Source: Candidatus Gastranaerophilales bacterium
GTDB taxonomy: Bacteria; Cyanobacteriota; Vampirovibrionia; Gastranaerophilales; Gastranaerophilaceae
Assembly: GCA_947588755.1 (NCBI GenBank)
Contig: CANPZB010000002.1
Coordinates: 7,954 to 71,953 of the forward strand
Direction of reading: 5' to 3'
DNA: 64,000 bases
In this document: in pieces, positions 55,576 to 64,000 of the stretch
How positions within the stretch are numbered: position 1 is the first letter of the stretch
Layout: every line of letters begins with the position of its first letter
Made by a program: the position numbers and the translations under genes
The notes under the pieces: model-generated
The model's database searches: none
Seen by the model: only the letters and a program-made list of their open reading frames with translations
What the model was told of the DNA's origin: nothing

Positions 55576-56640
55576 TTAAACCAGCCCTTTTTCAAGAATA
55601 TTATCTATAGAATAACAATGTTGACTTAGCCAATTTTCAACCATTTTTACCATTTGATATGTATTTACACTATCAGCGTATTGAGGGAGTTCTTGTATTA
55701 ATTTCCGAACCTCATCATTAGGTGTTCCCGCTTTTATTTCACTATAATTTTTCATTAATAATAATGTATTTTTGGAGAACTTCTTATAGAAAGCAGCATC
55801 ACATAATTCCATATAAATCTTTATTTTTTCTTCATCTGAAATCCCCATTTTATCCAAATGAGAAATGATATTCTTTAATGGTTTTCCACAAGCATCAGCA
55901 AGAACAATATCATTTTGCCCTAAAGCATGCAGAATTTTTTTCTGAATAGCATATGCAGATTCTTCCAAGGGCTCAGTCGCATATAAATGGGCATTCCTTA
56001 TGCAATTATAATCGTATTGACTTTTAACGGTAAAAAATTTAGTATTATTCCAAGCATCCAAGAATCTTTCAACATTAAAGTTTTCTACATTTGAATCTTG
56101 ACTCATTTTTTCCCAGAAATTCTTATCAACATTAGCACCTGGATATCTTTTTTTCAAGGCGGAAACATAACTGTCATGTCCAACTGATTTATAAATTTTA
56201 GCTGCTTTATCAAAATGATCTAATTCATGTCTTATCAAAGCTATTTTTTGTTCTTTTGTAATGATATTAGGCAGTTTACCTACTGTCAAAGTGCCATCAG
56301 CAAGATCAAATGCACACATACAAACAATATTATTATCCTGAAAAGGCTTTACCTTTATCAATTCCGGTTTTGAATACCCCATTGTTCGTAACATTTCATC
56401 TTTAACCGTCGAACAAAAAGTTATATCATTTTTATCATCAATTTTCATTAGTTTTTCCAAGAACTTGTGGCACAAAGTTCTATCCGACTTAAATGTGCAA
56501 ATATCAGTCTTTAAGGGAGTATATTTTAACCCGATTGTATTTATTTTTACGGGTTTTGTCGCAAGCAAACTTTTCCCGCTTGTTCTAGTCCAAGCAATAA
56601 TTTCTTTTCCCAGTTGTAATCCTGCTTTTTCTATTCCCAT
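55576..56640 (-). CDS. hypothetical protein with HExxH zinc-metallopeptidase-like motif
   Basis: 354-aa ORF. LIRHELDHFDK (HExxH) and a possible third ligand in TEPLEESAY about 75 aa downstream. No signal peptide. Confidence 0.55.
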   Translation of the reverse strand: MGIEKAGLQLGKEIIAWTRTSGKSLLATKPVKINTIGLKYTPLKTDICTFKSDRTLCHKFLEKLMKIDDKNDITFCSTVKDEMLRTMGYSKPELIKVKPFQDNNIVCMCAFDLADGTLTVGKLPNIITKEQKIALIRHELDHFDKAAKIYKSVGHDSYVSALKKRYPGANVDKNFWEKMSQDSNVENFNVERFLDAWNNTKFFTVKSQYDYNCIRNAHLYATEPLEESAYAIQKKILHALGQNDIVLADACGKPLKNIISHLDKMGISDEEKIKIYMELCDAAFYKKFSKNTLLLMKNYSEIKAGTPNDEVRKLIQELPQYADSVNTYQMVKMVENWLSQHCYSIDNILEKGLV

Positions 56641-57022
56641 ACAAATATCCTTAATTTCCCCTATATATGAAAAGTATTTTTCTCATCAAAAATTGCCTGA
56701 TTATTACAAAAGTTTAAATGGGAATTTTTATTACTATGCTAAAAATAGTTAAACCTTCTGATTTACGTAATCAAGTTAAATGTTTACACAAAAATTACTT
56801 TATTGATTTTAAAACTGTAAGTTGTGGTTTTCTTTACAGTTACTTTAATATTTTGTCAAGCGTAAAAAAAAGCGGTTTCGCATTTGTGGCTTTGCCACAG
56901 TATGTTCAATCTGCTCGCTATCCGGACTCGTTACCACTCCGTCCGTCCGCAAATCCGTAAGTTCAGCATGACATTATCTTTGATTTCATAATTTATACCT
57001 CCTGAGATTAATTATAACTTAA

Positions 57023-57041
57023 AATGGATTTAAAATCCATT
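57023..57041. promoter_or_regulatory. perfect 9+1+9 palindrome, operator candidate for the adjacent XRE regulator
   Basis: AATGGATTT-A-AAATCCATT lies immediately upstream of the HTH gene start. Confidence 0.45.
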
Positions 57042-57042
57042 A

Positions 57043-57285
57043 TTGTTAAAAAATGTATATCATAATTGTGTTGTGAATGAGTCAGTTGTTGAAATATTTA
57101 TAAAAAATCTTAAAAAATTACGGCTTCGTCATGGATGTTCCTGCAAACAATTATCCGAGCTTATCGGTTGTGATTCATCTTATATAAGTAAAGTAGAAAA
57201 CGGCAGAATATTACCTTCAATTGATAAAATTATATCTCTGGCAAACTATTTTCAAATTAAGTTTATAGATTTCTTTAAAGAATAG
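57043..57285 (+). CDS. XRE-family helix-turn-helix transcriptional regulator
   Basis: LKKLRLRHGCSCKQLSELIGCDSSYISKVENGR HTH. The start is uncertain (TTG 57043 or GTG 57073, no clear RBS). Confidence 0.65.
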   Translation: MLKNVYHNCVVNESVVEIFIKNLKKLRLRHGCSCKQLSELIGCDSSYISKVENGRILPSIDKIISLANYFQIKFIDFFKE

Positions 57286-57354
57286 TTTTTTTTTCTTGTT
57301 TGAAAAATAAGTAAGTTTGCAGGTCGGATTTACTAATTTGCCAAAACTATATTA

Positions 57355-57825
57355 TTAAGAGAAAAAGTGTTCAAGGTTCAGAAGCTTTTGTTTCTTTTCA
57401 AGACCGCCTGCGTAACCCCCTAAATTCCCGTCGGATGCTATTACTCTGTGACAGGGTATAATTATTGCTATAGGATTTTTGTTATTTGCCATTCCTACGG
57501 CTCTGCATGCTTTTATGTTACCGATTTTCCCCGCTATTTCTTTATAACTCCGTGTTGAACCGTAAGGAATTTGCATAAGTTCTTGCCAAACAAGGTTTTG
57601 AAACGGTGTTCCATGCGGATTTATTTTTATGTTAAAGCTTTTTCGTTCACCTTGCAAATATTCTTCAATCTCATTTTTGCACTGCATTATTATCGCTGTA
57701 TTTTTTACGGTATAACTTTGCGGAATTTTTTCTTGTGTAAAAGTTAAACAGGTTATTGAATTATCTTCCTGACCTATATAAATCTCGCCTATTTCCGTTT
57801 TGAAAGAATATTTATACTTCATCAT
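57355..57825 (-). CDS. ogt: methylated-DNA--protein-cysteine methyltransferase
   Basis: Active-site IPCHRVI and the YGSTRSYKEIA helix. ATG 57825 chosen to avoid overlap with the upstream MFS gene. Confidence 0.9.
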   Translation of the reverse strand: MMKYKYSFKTEIGEIYIGQEDNSITCLTFTQEKIPQSYTVKNTAIIMQCKNEIEEYLQGERKSFNIKINPHGTPFQNLVWQELMQIPYGSTRSYKEIAGKIGNIKACRAVGMANNKNPIAIIIPCHRVIASDGNLGGYAGGLEKKQKLLNLEHFFS

Positions 57826-57835
57826 CAGAACTTTT

Positions 57836-59239
57836 TCAGTTTTGTGCCGTACCGTTATTTCTGTAGGCATAATACGCAAATGCCAGACAAGTTATTCCAA
57901 ACAGAATTCCAAAACACATTGTTACTCTGTAAGAATATAAAAATGCTGTTTGATATAATTTACCATTATTTAAAAACAGATTTTTAAAAGTCTCAAAAAG
58001 CGTTATCGTAACGGCAACACCGAGGATATTTCCCATATTTCTTGATAATGCCAATATACCAGAAGCAATTCCGAGTTCATGTACATCTACGCTTGTTATT
58101 ATTGCATTGTTTGAAGGTGATTGAAATAAGCCGTTACCTATTCCCATAAGTCCGGAGGCAAATATAATTTGCCAGGCGGAAACATTTTTGTCATACAACG
58201 TAAATAACAGCAAGGCTATGCAGTATACTATCGGGCCGGCAACGGTTAAATATCTGCTGCCGTATTTCCCCGAAAGCCTTCCGCTTATCGGTGCCGTGAC
58301 AGAAAGGGTTATTGAATAAGGAAGGATTAACAGTCCGGTTAAAAGCGGGTTATACTTTAATATATCTTGCAAAAAAAACGGCAGAAGAATACTGTTTGTG
58401 TACATTGCCATATAAGAAGTCATAACGGCGAGATTTCCGAAAGTAAACGGTTTAATTTTGAACATGGAAAAGTTTATCAGCGGGTAATTAATTTTGTGGT
58501 CCCTAAAATAAAATAATCCGCCGAAAATTAACGATATTGCACCCAAAATAATTATTCTAAGCGAGTTCCAGCCCCATGTGTGTCCTTCCGATATTGCAAG
58601 AAGCAGGGCAAAAAGGCTTATTGTGAAATATAAAAATCCTTTATAATCAAATTTAAAGTTTTTTATATCCGTATTGACTCTTTTAGGCAGCATTCCGTAA
58701 GCGAAGTATGCACCAGCCGCAGCTACCGGTACACAAGGAAAAAATACTGCCTGCCAGTTGAAATTATGAATTAATATACCGCCCAATGCGGGGCCTGTCA
58801 TTCCGCCTATAGCAACTATACAGCCGTTAAGACCTAACGCTTTTCCGCGTCTTATTCCTTTAAAAATCATTGCAATGACGGCTTGTGCGTTTGATAGCAT
58901 TATTGAAGCCCCGATAGCTTCCAAACAACGGAATGCTATTAAAAGATTAAAACTTTCAGCGGTGGTATTCAGGTATGCACCTAAGCCGAAAATAAGAAAC
59001 CCTATACTGTATAGCTTATTTTTAGGGAAAATGTCTCCGAGTTTTCCGAAAAACGGCAAAAAAACGGTTAATACGAGCATGTAAGCAATCATTACCCATT
59101 GAATTTGTCCCATTGTTACGTTTAAGTCAATGGACATAGGATATAAAGCGAGATTAACTGATGTTGAATCCAGCATCGCCATGAAATTGCCCGCAGCAAC
59201 TATAACAAACATAATCCATTTGATAAATTTAATACTCAT
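57836..59239 (-). CDS. MFS transporter, DHA2 (14-TM drug:H+ antiporter) type
   Basis: 467 aa with about 14 hydrophobic segments. Includes the motif-A-like GKLGDIFPKNK loop. Confidence 0.8.
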   Translation of the reverse strand: MSIKFIKWIMFVIVAAGNFMAMLDSTSVNLALYPMSIDLNVTMGQIQWVMIAYMLVLTVFLPFFGKLGDIFPKNKLYSIGFLIFGLGAYLNTTAESFNLLIAFRCLEAIGASIMLSNAQAVIAMIFKGIRRGKALGLNGCIVAIGGMTGPALGGILIHNFNWQAVFFPCVPVAAAGAYFAYGMLPKRVNTDIKNFKFDYKGFLYFTISLFALLLAISEGHTWGWNSLRIIILGAISLIFGGLFYFRDHKINYPLINFSMFKIKPFTFGNLAVMTSYMAMYTNSILLPFFLQDILKYNPLLTGLLILPYSITLSVTAPISGRLSGKYGSRYLTVAGPIVYCIALLLFTLYDKNVSAWQIIFASGLMGIGNGLFQSPSNNAIITSVDVHELGIASGILALSRNMGNILGVAVTITLFETFKNLFLNNGKLYQTAFLYSYRVTMCFGILFGITCLAFAYYAYRNNGTAQN

Positions 59240-59262
59240 ATAACGATTTCAATAATCAAAGT

Positions 59263-60864
59263 TTATAATCTTTTTACTGCCGCATCAATTAAACCTTTAA
59301 ACAAAGGATGCGGTTTTTCGGGTCTTGACTTGAATTCGGGATGGAATTGTGAAGCCACAAACCAGTCTAATTCGGGTAATTCAACTATTTCGGCAAGCAT
59401 TCCGTCAGGAGACATTCCCGAAAATACCAGTCCGGCATCGGATATTTGCTTCATATACTCATTATTAAATTCGTATCTGTGTCTGTGACGTTCGGAAATA
59501 ACATTTTTCCCGTACGCTTTAGCGGCAACCGAACCTTTTTTAAGATGACATTCGTAAGCACCGAGCCTCATTGTGCCGCCATATCCCTGTACATTTTTTT
59601 GTTCAAGCATTAAATCAATTACGGGATATGCGGTATTTTCATCAAATTCCGTCGAGTTTGCTTCCTTTAAGCCCGCAACATTACGTGCATATTCTATTAC
59701 GGCACACTGCATACCCAGACATAATCCCAAAAAAGGTACATTATTTTCACGGGCATATCTGATTACATTTAATTTTCCTTCAATACCTCTGACGCCGAAA
59801 CCGCCCGGAACTACAACAGCTTTTACATCTTTCATCAGATTTTTACAGGTTTCGTAATCCATACATTCTTCGGAATTTATCCATTTTATATCAACTGCGG
59901 CATCATTTGCATATCCTGCATGTTTTAAAGATTCTACGACTGATATGTACGCATCGGAAAGTTTAGTATATTTTCCCGCAATGGCTACTTTTATAACTTT
60001 TTTGGGATTTTTAATTCTTTCAACAAGATTTTCCCATTCTTTAAGATTAGCTTTTCTGTTCTCGGTATTAAGAGCATTAAGAACAACCCCTGCAAGGTTT
60101 TGTGCTTCTAATGCAAGCGGAACTTCATATATACTTTTCATATCGCGGCATTCAATTACCGCATCTTTAGGTACGGAGCAGAATAAAGCGAGTTTTTCTC
60201 TTTCGGTTTTCGGAATTGGTTTTGTGGTACGACATACAAGCACTTCGGGATTTATGCCGTAGCTTCTCAAGACATTAACACTGTGTTGTGAAGGTTTTGT
60301 CTTTAATTCCCCCGATGTGGGCAGGTAAGGAAGCAATGTTGTGTGTATTGAAACTGCATTTCCTATACCGACTTCCGATTTGAATTGCCTTATTGCTTCA
60401 ATAAACGGTAAACTTTCAATGTCACCTATGGTACCGCCGATTTCGATTAACTGAAAATCTGGCTTAAATTGTTTTGTAGCCCCTACAATTCTTGATTTAA
60501 TTTCATTTGTAATATGGGGGATAACCTGAACCGTACCGCCGAGATAGTCTCCGCGGCGTTCTTTTTTTATAACGTGCTGATAAACACTTCCGGAAGTTAC
60601 GTTGTTGTATTTTCCCAGAGAAGTGTCCGTAAATCTTTCGTAATGCCCCAAATCCAGATCTGTTTCGGCACCGTCATCGGTAACAAAGACTTCACCATGC
60701 TGAAAAGGGCTCATTGTCCCCGGATCTACGTTAATATACGGGTCAAATTTTTGGTTAATAACCGAAAATCCTCTTGATCTGAGTAATCTGCCCAAAGATG
60801 CGGCTACTATACCTTTTCCCAGTGAACTTACTACACCGCCTGTTATAAAAATATATTTTGTCAT
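59263..60864 (-). CDS. pyrG: CTP synthase
   Basis: [19 protein letters not shown], and a glutaminase domain with GLCLGMQ and HRHRYE. Confidence 0.97.
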   Translation of the reverse strand: MTKYIFITGGVVSSLGKGIVAASLGRLLRSRGFSVINQKFDPYINVDPGTMSPFQHGEVFVTDDGAETDLDLGHYERFTDTSLGKYNNVTSGSVYQHVIKKERRGDYLGGTVQVIPHITNEIKSRIVGATKQFKPDFQLIEIGGTIGDIESLPFIEAIRQFKSEVGIGNAVSIHTTLLPYLPTSGELKTKPSQHSVNVLRSYGINPEVLVCRTTKPIPKTEREKLALFCSVPKDAVIECRDMKSIYEVPLALEAQNLAGVVLNALNTENRKANLKEWENLVERIKNPKKVIKVAIAGKYTKLSDAYISVVESLKHAGYANDAAVDIKWINSEECMDYETCKNLMKDVKAVVVPGGFGVRGIEGKLNVIRYARENNVPFLGLCLGMQCAVIEYARNVAGLKEANSTEFDENTAYPVIDLMLEQKNVQGYGGTMRLGAYECHLKKGSVAAKAYGKNVISERHRHRYEFNNEYMKQISDAGLVFSGMSPDGMLAEIVELPELDWFVASQFHPEFKSRPEKPHPLFKGLIDAAVKRL

Positions 60865-60902
60865 ACATATCCCGCCTTTTTAATAATCCGATTTACTATA
60901 TA

Positions 60903-61184
60903 TCAGTTAATTTTTGGAACTTTAAAAAATCCGTTTTCTTCTTCGGGTGCATTTGCCAAAAGTTCCTCTTTAGTTTGTTCATAATGAACTTCATCTTCTC
61001 TCATTACATTAACAAAGTCGATTACCTGAGTCATGGGTTTTACTTTGGAAGTGTCAACTTCGTTCATTTGGTCAACATATTTCAATACATCGCCGAGTTG
61101 TTTTGTATATAACTCTTTTTCTTCCTCTGTTAATTCCAGTCTGGCAAGTTTTGCAACATGTTCAACGTCTTTAATAGTAATCAT
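60903..61184 (-). CDS. gatC: Asp-tRNA(Asn)/Glu-tRNA(Gln) amidotransferase subunit C
   Basis: ITIKDVEHVAKLARLELTEEEKE.. signature. 93 aa. Confidence 0.9.
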   Translation of the reverse strand: MITIKDVEHVAKLARLELTEEEKELYTKQLGDVLKYVDQMNEVDTSKVKPMTQVIDFVNVMREDEVHYEQTKEELLANAPEEENGFFKVPKIN

Positions 61185-61325
61185 TTTTTACTCCATTCAA
61201 ATACATTTTTTATATTATCATGGAAAATTTTTTTCTTACAGGTTATATTAAAAAAATTTAATTTAAGTTAAGGATTTTATTTTTCGGGGAAAATATGTTA
61301 TACTAAGTAGTGGAGATAATTCAAA

Positions 61326-62111
61326 TTGGAAGAGATAGAAATAAATACCGAAGAACTTGATAATCTGCTTGTCTCATATAAAAATTGTGCTGACGGGAAA
61401 AAAAAACGTGTCTTGCATTTGAATATTGTTGAAAAATCAATGTTTTTGGTTAAAAAAATTGCAATGACACTTGCCTTCCAATTTGGTATGTCTACGGAAG
61501 ATTTAATACAGGTAGGTTCAATAGGTTTGATAAAAGCTATTGAGATGTATGATTGTCAAAAAAATACCAGATTTAAGACCTATGCGTCATATTTTATCCG
61601 CGGTGAAATAAGACATTATATAAGAGATAAAGGCCCTATTATTAAAGCTCCGAGAGAACACAGGGACATGTTTTTACGCGTTAGTGCCGCTATAAAAGCA
61701 CTTAAAGAGCAAGGATTTGATGAGCCGAGTGAAGAACAAATCGCTAATGAAGCGGGATTACCTCTTGAAAAAATAAATGAAGTTTTGGAAATTGAACATT
61801 GTAGAATGATTCTTTCTCTCGATCAGGCATGTTTCACTGACGATGACGAATATTCTTTGCTCGATAAAATTCCCTCGGGTGATTATCGGGAAGTTTTAAA
61901 TTCTTATGAAGATAAAATTATGATAGTATCTGCTATTAATAAGCTGCCACCTAAATTAAAGCAGATAATAGAGATGAGTTTTTTTGAAGACCTGAATCAG
62001 CGGGAAATTTCAGAAAGAATACATATTTCTCAAATGCAGGTTTCAAGACGTATAAAAAAAGCATTAAGTAAAATGTACGAAATAATTAAATCAAGTGAAA
62101 GCAGTTCATAA
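61326..62111 (+). CDS. sigma-70 family RNA polymerase sigma factor, group 3 (SigF/SigB-like)
   Basis: Region 2 (DLIQVGSIGLIKAIEMYD.., YASYFIRGEIRHYIRD) and region 4 HTH (REISERIHISQMQVSRRIKKAL). No region 1.1. TTG start. Confidence 0.85.
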   Translation: MEEIEINTEELDNLLVSYKNCADGKKKRVLHLNIVEKSMFLVKKIAMTLAFQFGMSTEDLIQVGSIGLIKAIEMYDCQKNTRFKTYASYFIRGEIRHYIRDKGPIIKAPREHRDMFLRVSAAIKALKEQGFDEPSEEQIANEAGLPLEKINEVLEIEHCRMILSLDQACFTDDDEYSLLDKIPSGDYREVLNSYEDKIMIVSAINKLPPKLKQIIEMSFFEDLNQREISERIHISQMQVSRRIKKALSKMYEIIKSSESSS

Positions 62112-62125
62112 AAGGAGAGACATAT

Positions 62126-63136
62126 ATGACATTATTATTAACGGTTATTGCGTTTGTATTTATTGTAGGACTTTGTATAGGAAGTTTTTTGAATGTTGTG
62201 ATATTAAGAAGTTTGGAAGGTGAATCGATTGTTTCCCCGCCTTCAAAATGTCCGTCTTGCGGGCATGCTTTAAAATGGTATCACAATATACCTCTATTTT
62301 CGTATATATTTCTCAGAGGTAAATGTGCTTTTTGTAAGGAACACATTAGTCTGCAATATCCTATAATTGAACTTTTGACGGGAATTCTTTTCTGCCTGAT
62401 ATTTATTGCGGGAGGAATTTCTGTAAATACTCTTGTAATGATGATTGTGGTAAGCTTGCTTATTGTCATTGCGGGTACGGATTTAAAAGGAAAAGTTGTG
62501 TTTGATGTTCATACACTTTCCCTTGTGGGGGTATGTCTTATATATTCCGTATACGCTACCGCAAATATACTTTATTTAGCTCATGTCAGACCCGAATATA
62601 TTACTTTGAATAAAGATACAATAATTTTTCTGCCTGTAGTTTCTTCCATATTAGGTTGTCTTGCGGGTATTGTTATTATGGAAATTCTTGCCAGATTTGG
62701 AAGTATTGTTAAAAAAGGTACAAGAATGTTTGAAGTCGGTGATACTTATATCGCCGCAGGTCTGGGAGCATTGTTCGGCTGGCAAATGATTGTACCCGTT
62801 ATTTTATTGTCAATTGTTGTTCAGGTTGTACTTTTCCTTCCGATATTTATAAGGGATTTATTTTTGAGAAAAGAAACCAAAACCCTTGTTGCACTTTTGT
62901 CTTTTATTGCTTACGCGATAATATTTTTTGCTTTGGAACAAACTGGTATAATTACGGTCGATAAGCTTATTGTGTATATACCTGCCGTTTTGGTTCTTGC
63001 ATTGCTCGGTATTTATTCTTGCGTAAGGATAATTACAAATTTAAAAGAAAATCCGTCCTCAGGTACATGCATGCCTTTCGGGCCTGCTATGGTTGCTGCG
63101 GCATTTTTGACTTTTATTTTAACAGCATTTATTTAA
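62126..63136 (+). CDS. pilD: prepilin peptidase (A24 family, PilD-like)
   Basis: N-terminal zinc motif CPSCGHAL..CAFCKEHI with WYHNIPLFSY. Multi-TM body with AGTDLK and VGDTYIAAGLGALFGW aspartate blocks. Confidence 0.8.
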   Translation: MTLLLTVIAFVFIVGLCIGSFLNVVILRSLEGESIVSPPSKCPSCGHALKWYHNIPLFSYIFLRGKCAFCKEHISLQYPIIELLTGILFCLIFIAGGISVNTLVMMIVVSLLIVIAGTDLKGKVVFDVHTLSLVGVCLIYSVYATANILYLAHVRPEYITLNKDTIIFLPVVSSILGCLAGIVIMEILARFGSIVKKGTRMFEVGDTYIAAGLGALFGWQMIVPVILLSIVVQVVLFLPIFIRDLFLRKETKTLVALLSFIAYAIIFFALEQTGIITVDKLIVYIPAVLVLALLGIYSCVRIITNLKENPSSGTCMPFGPAMVAAAFLTFILTAFI

Positions 63137-63873
63137 TCAAATAAACTCAATTGGTTTTGTTTACCGTAATGCTTTTGTAAATACGAAATTCTGTGATATT
63201 TGCAAGTTCCGTATTTATCTATTGCTGCCATGTGTGATTTTGTCAAATAACCCGCGTTATCTTTCCAGCCGTATTCGGGAAATTCTTCATCCAATTTGTT
63301 CATATATCTGTCACGCGAAACCTTTGCAAGTATGCTGGCTGCCGCTATGGAAGCCGATTTACTGTCTCCTTTTACGACATATCTTTGCGAGTAATCAAAA
63401 TCCCATATTCTTTTATTTCCGTCCAAAAGTATCAAAACTTCACTTCGGGCAAGCAAATTTCGGGCTATAATCTTAGACGGAGTGTCGGGCATGGGGTATA
63501 ACTGATTTATAACGTTTTCACAAACTGTCTGCATACCTTTCAGGGATGCTTTTAAAATATTTAACCTTTCAATTTCATCAACATCAACGCAAATTGTTGA
63601 ATTAATTGTGTTTTCCTTAATAATATCGTAAAGTTCTTCGCGTTTTTCGGGTTTAACTTTTTTACTGTCGTTCAAATCAACAAGTTTTTCGACAAGCTCT
63701 TTTGAACGCTTATTGAAGCATACGGCACTTACAAAAACTCCCCCTGCACCACAGCCCCTTCCTGCTTCGTCACTGCCGATTACAACACGATTATTTTCTA
63801 AATCGAATGCAAAAAGTTTTATTACGGTAGAGTCTACGGTTAATTCAGTTTTATCGCTATTTGTTTTTTTCAT
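63133..63873 (-). CDS. rnhB: ribonuclease HII
   Basis: IGSDEAGRGCGAGGVFVSAV, DSKK, and ASILAKVSRD blocks. Confidence 0.9.
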   Translation of the reverse strand: MKKTNSDKTELTVDSTVIKLFAFDLENNRVVIGSDEAGRGCGAGGVFVSAVCFNKRSKELVEKLVDLNDSKKVKPEKREELYDIIKENTINSTICVDVDEIERLNILKASLKGMQTVCENVINQLYPMPDTPSKIIARNLLARSEVLILLDGNKRIWDFDYSQRYVVKGDSKSASIAAASILAKVSRDRYMNKLDEEFPEYGWKDNAGYLTKSHMAAIDKYGTCKYHRISYLQKHYGKQNQLSLFD

Positions 63874-63906
63874 AATTATTCCCGAAAGTATAAAAAATTT
63901 ATAAAA

Positions 63907-64000
63907 CTAATTATCAAATTCGTCAAGTATAAATTTACCGATTAGACCTTCTCTAAAATCTCTTAAAATATAGACCGATGTTCTTTCAATGTCGGGTAAA
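63907..64000 (-). CDS. rbgA: ribosome biogenesis GTPase A (YlqF/RbgA), C-terminal end (5' part outside window)
   Basis: Minus-strand frame open to the window edge. It ends ..ERTSVYILRDFREGLIGKFILDEFDN*, like the RbgA tail (..ILNDFR.GKLG.ITLE). ylqF-rnhB synteny is known from Bacillus. Confidence 0.5.
   Translation of the reverse strand, partial: LPDIERTSVYILRDFREGLIGKFILDEFDN

Noticed and set aside
56718-56960. 80-aa plus-strand ORF in the gap between the HExxH gene and the XRE gene
   Set aside because: It has no RBS and no recognisable motif. It runs through a GC-rich hairpin patch and a dispersed-repeat copy, so it is more likely non-coding.
48335-57285. The three small HTH genes (48335, 53940, 57043) as antitoxins of toxin-antitoxin modules
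   Set aside because: None has a co-oriented small partner ORF overlapping or abutting it. Their neighbours are a divergent pilin, convergent kdsB, and a non-coding gap.

Overview
AT-rich (about one-third GC by eye, not computed) 64-kb chromosomal segment of a diderm bacterium. It holds about 65 protein genes on both strands plus one tRNA-His. Most genes are housekeeping: dnaX 3' end, ribD, icd-like, serS, rimO, fabI, rpsU, rsmE, cca, queE, def-fmt, aroH, nadD-yqeK, hydG, smpB, accD-accA-prmA-kdsB, ogt, pyrG, gatC, rnhB, rbgA 3' end. Several features together suggest a non-photosynthetic cyanobacterial sister lineage (Melainabacteria/Vampirovibrionia, Gastranaerophilales-like): an RpaB-like OmpR regulator, a group-3 sigma factor, an SLH-domain envelope protein, KdsB, HydG, and pilins with the AFTLAE-type N-terminus. 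This placement is inference only. No CRISPR array, transposase, phage block or recognisable defence operon was seen. Accessory or unusual patches are listed here. (1) Two adjacent paralogous glycine-zipper membrane proteins (6988-9200). (2) A three-member family of small proteins that includes a near-identical 428-bp tandem duplication (12349-13632). (3) A two-partner-secretion (TPS) domain exoprotein ending in a canonical PilZ c-di-GMP receptor domain (19088-21826), convergent with a large Q/N/T-rich protein. (4) Two pilin-like genes flanked by a family of hairpin repeats and 20/21-bp phased motif arrays, one pilin carrying a duplicated leader. (5) A third pilin locus with its 3' end repeated downstream and sharing an 18-nt palindrome with the first locus. 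(6) A PurD homologue with a degenerate active site. (7) A HerA-like protein with a destroyed Walker A, an acidic disordered linker and a PcrA/UvrD-type Tudor C-terminus. (8) A GC-rich structured leader of unknown class upstream of hydG. (9) A small islet 3' of tRNA-His encoding an HExxH protein and an XRE regulator with a perfect palindromic operator candidate. All functional calls rest on motif recognition by eye. No database search was run.
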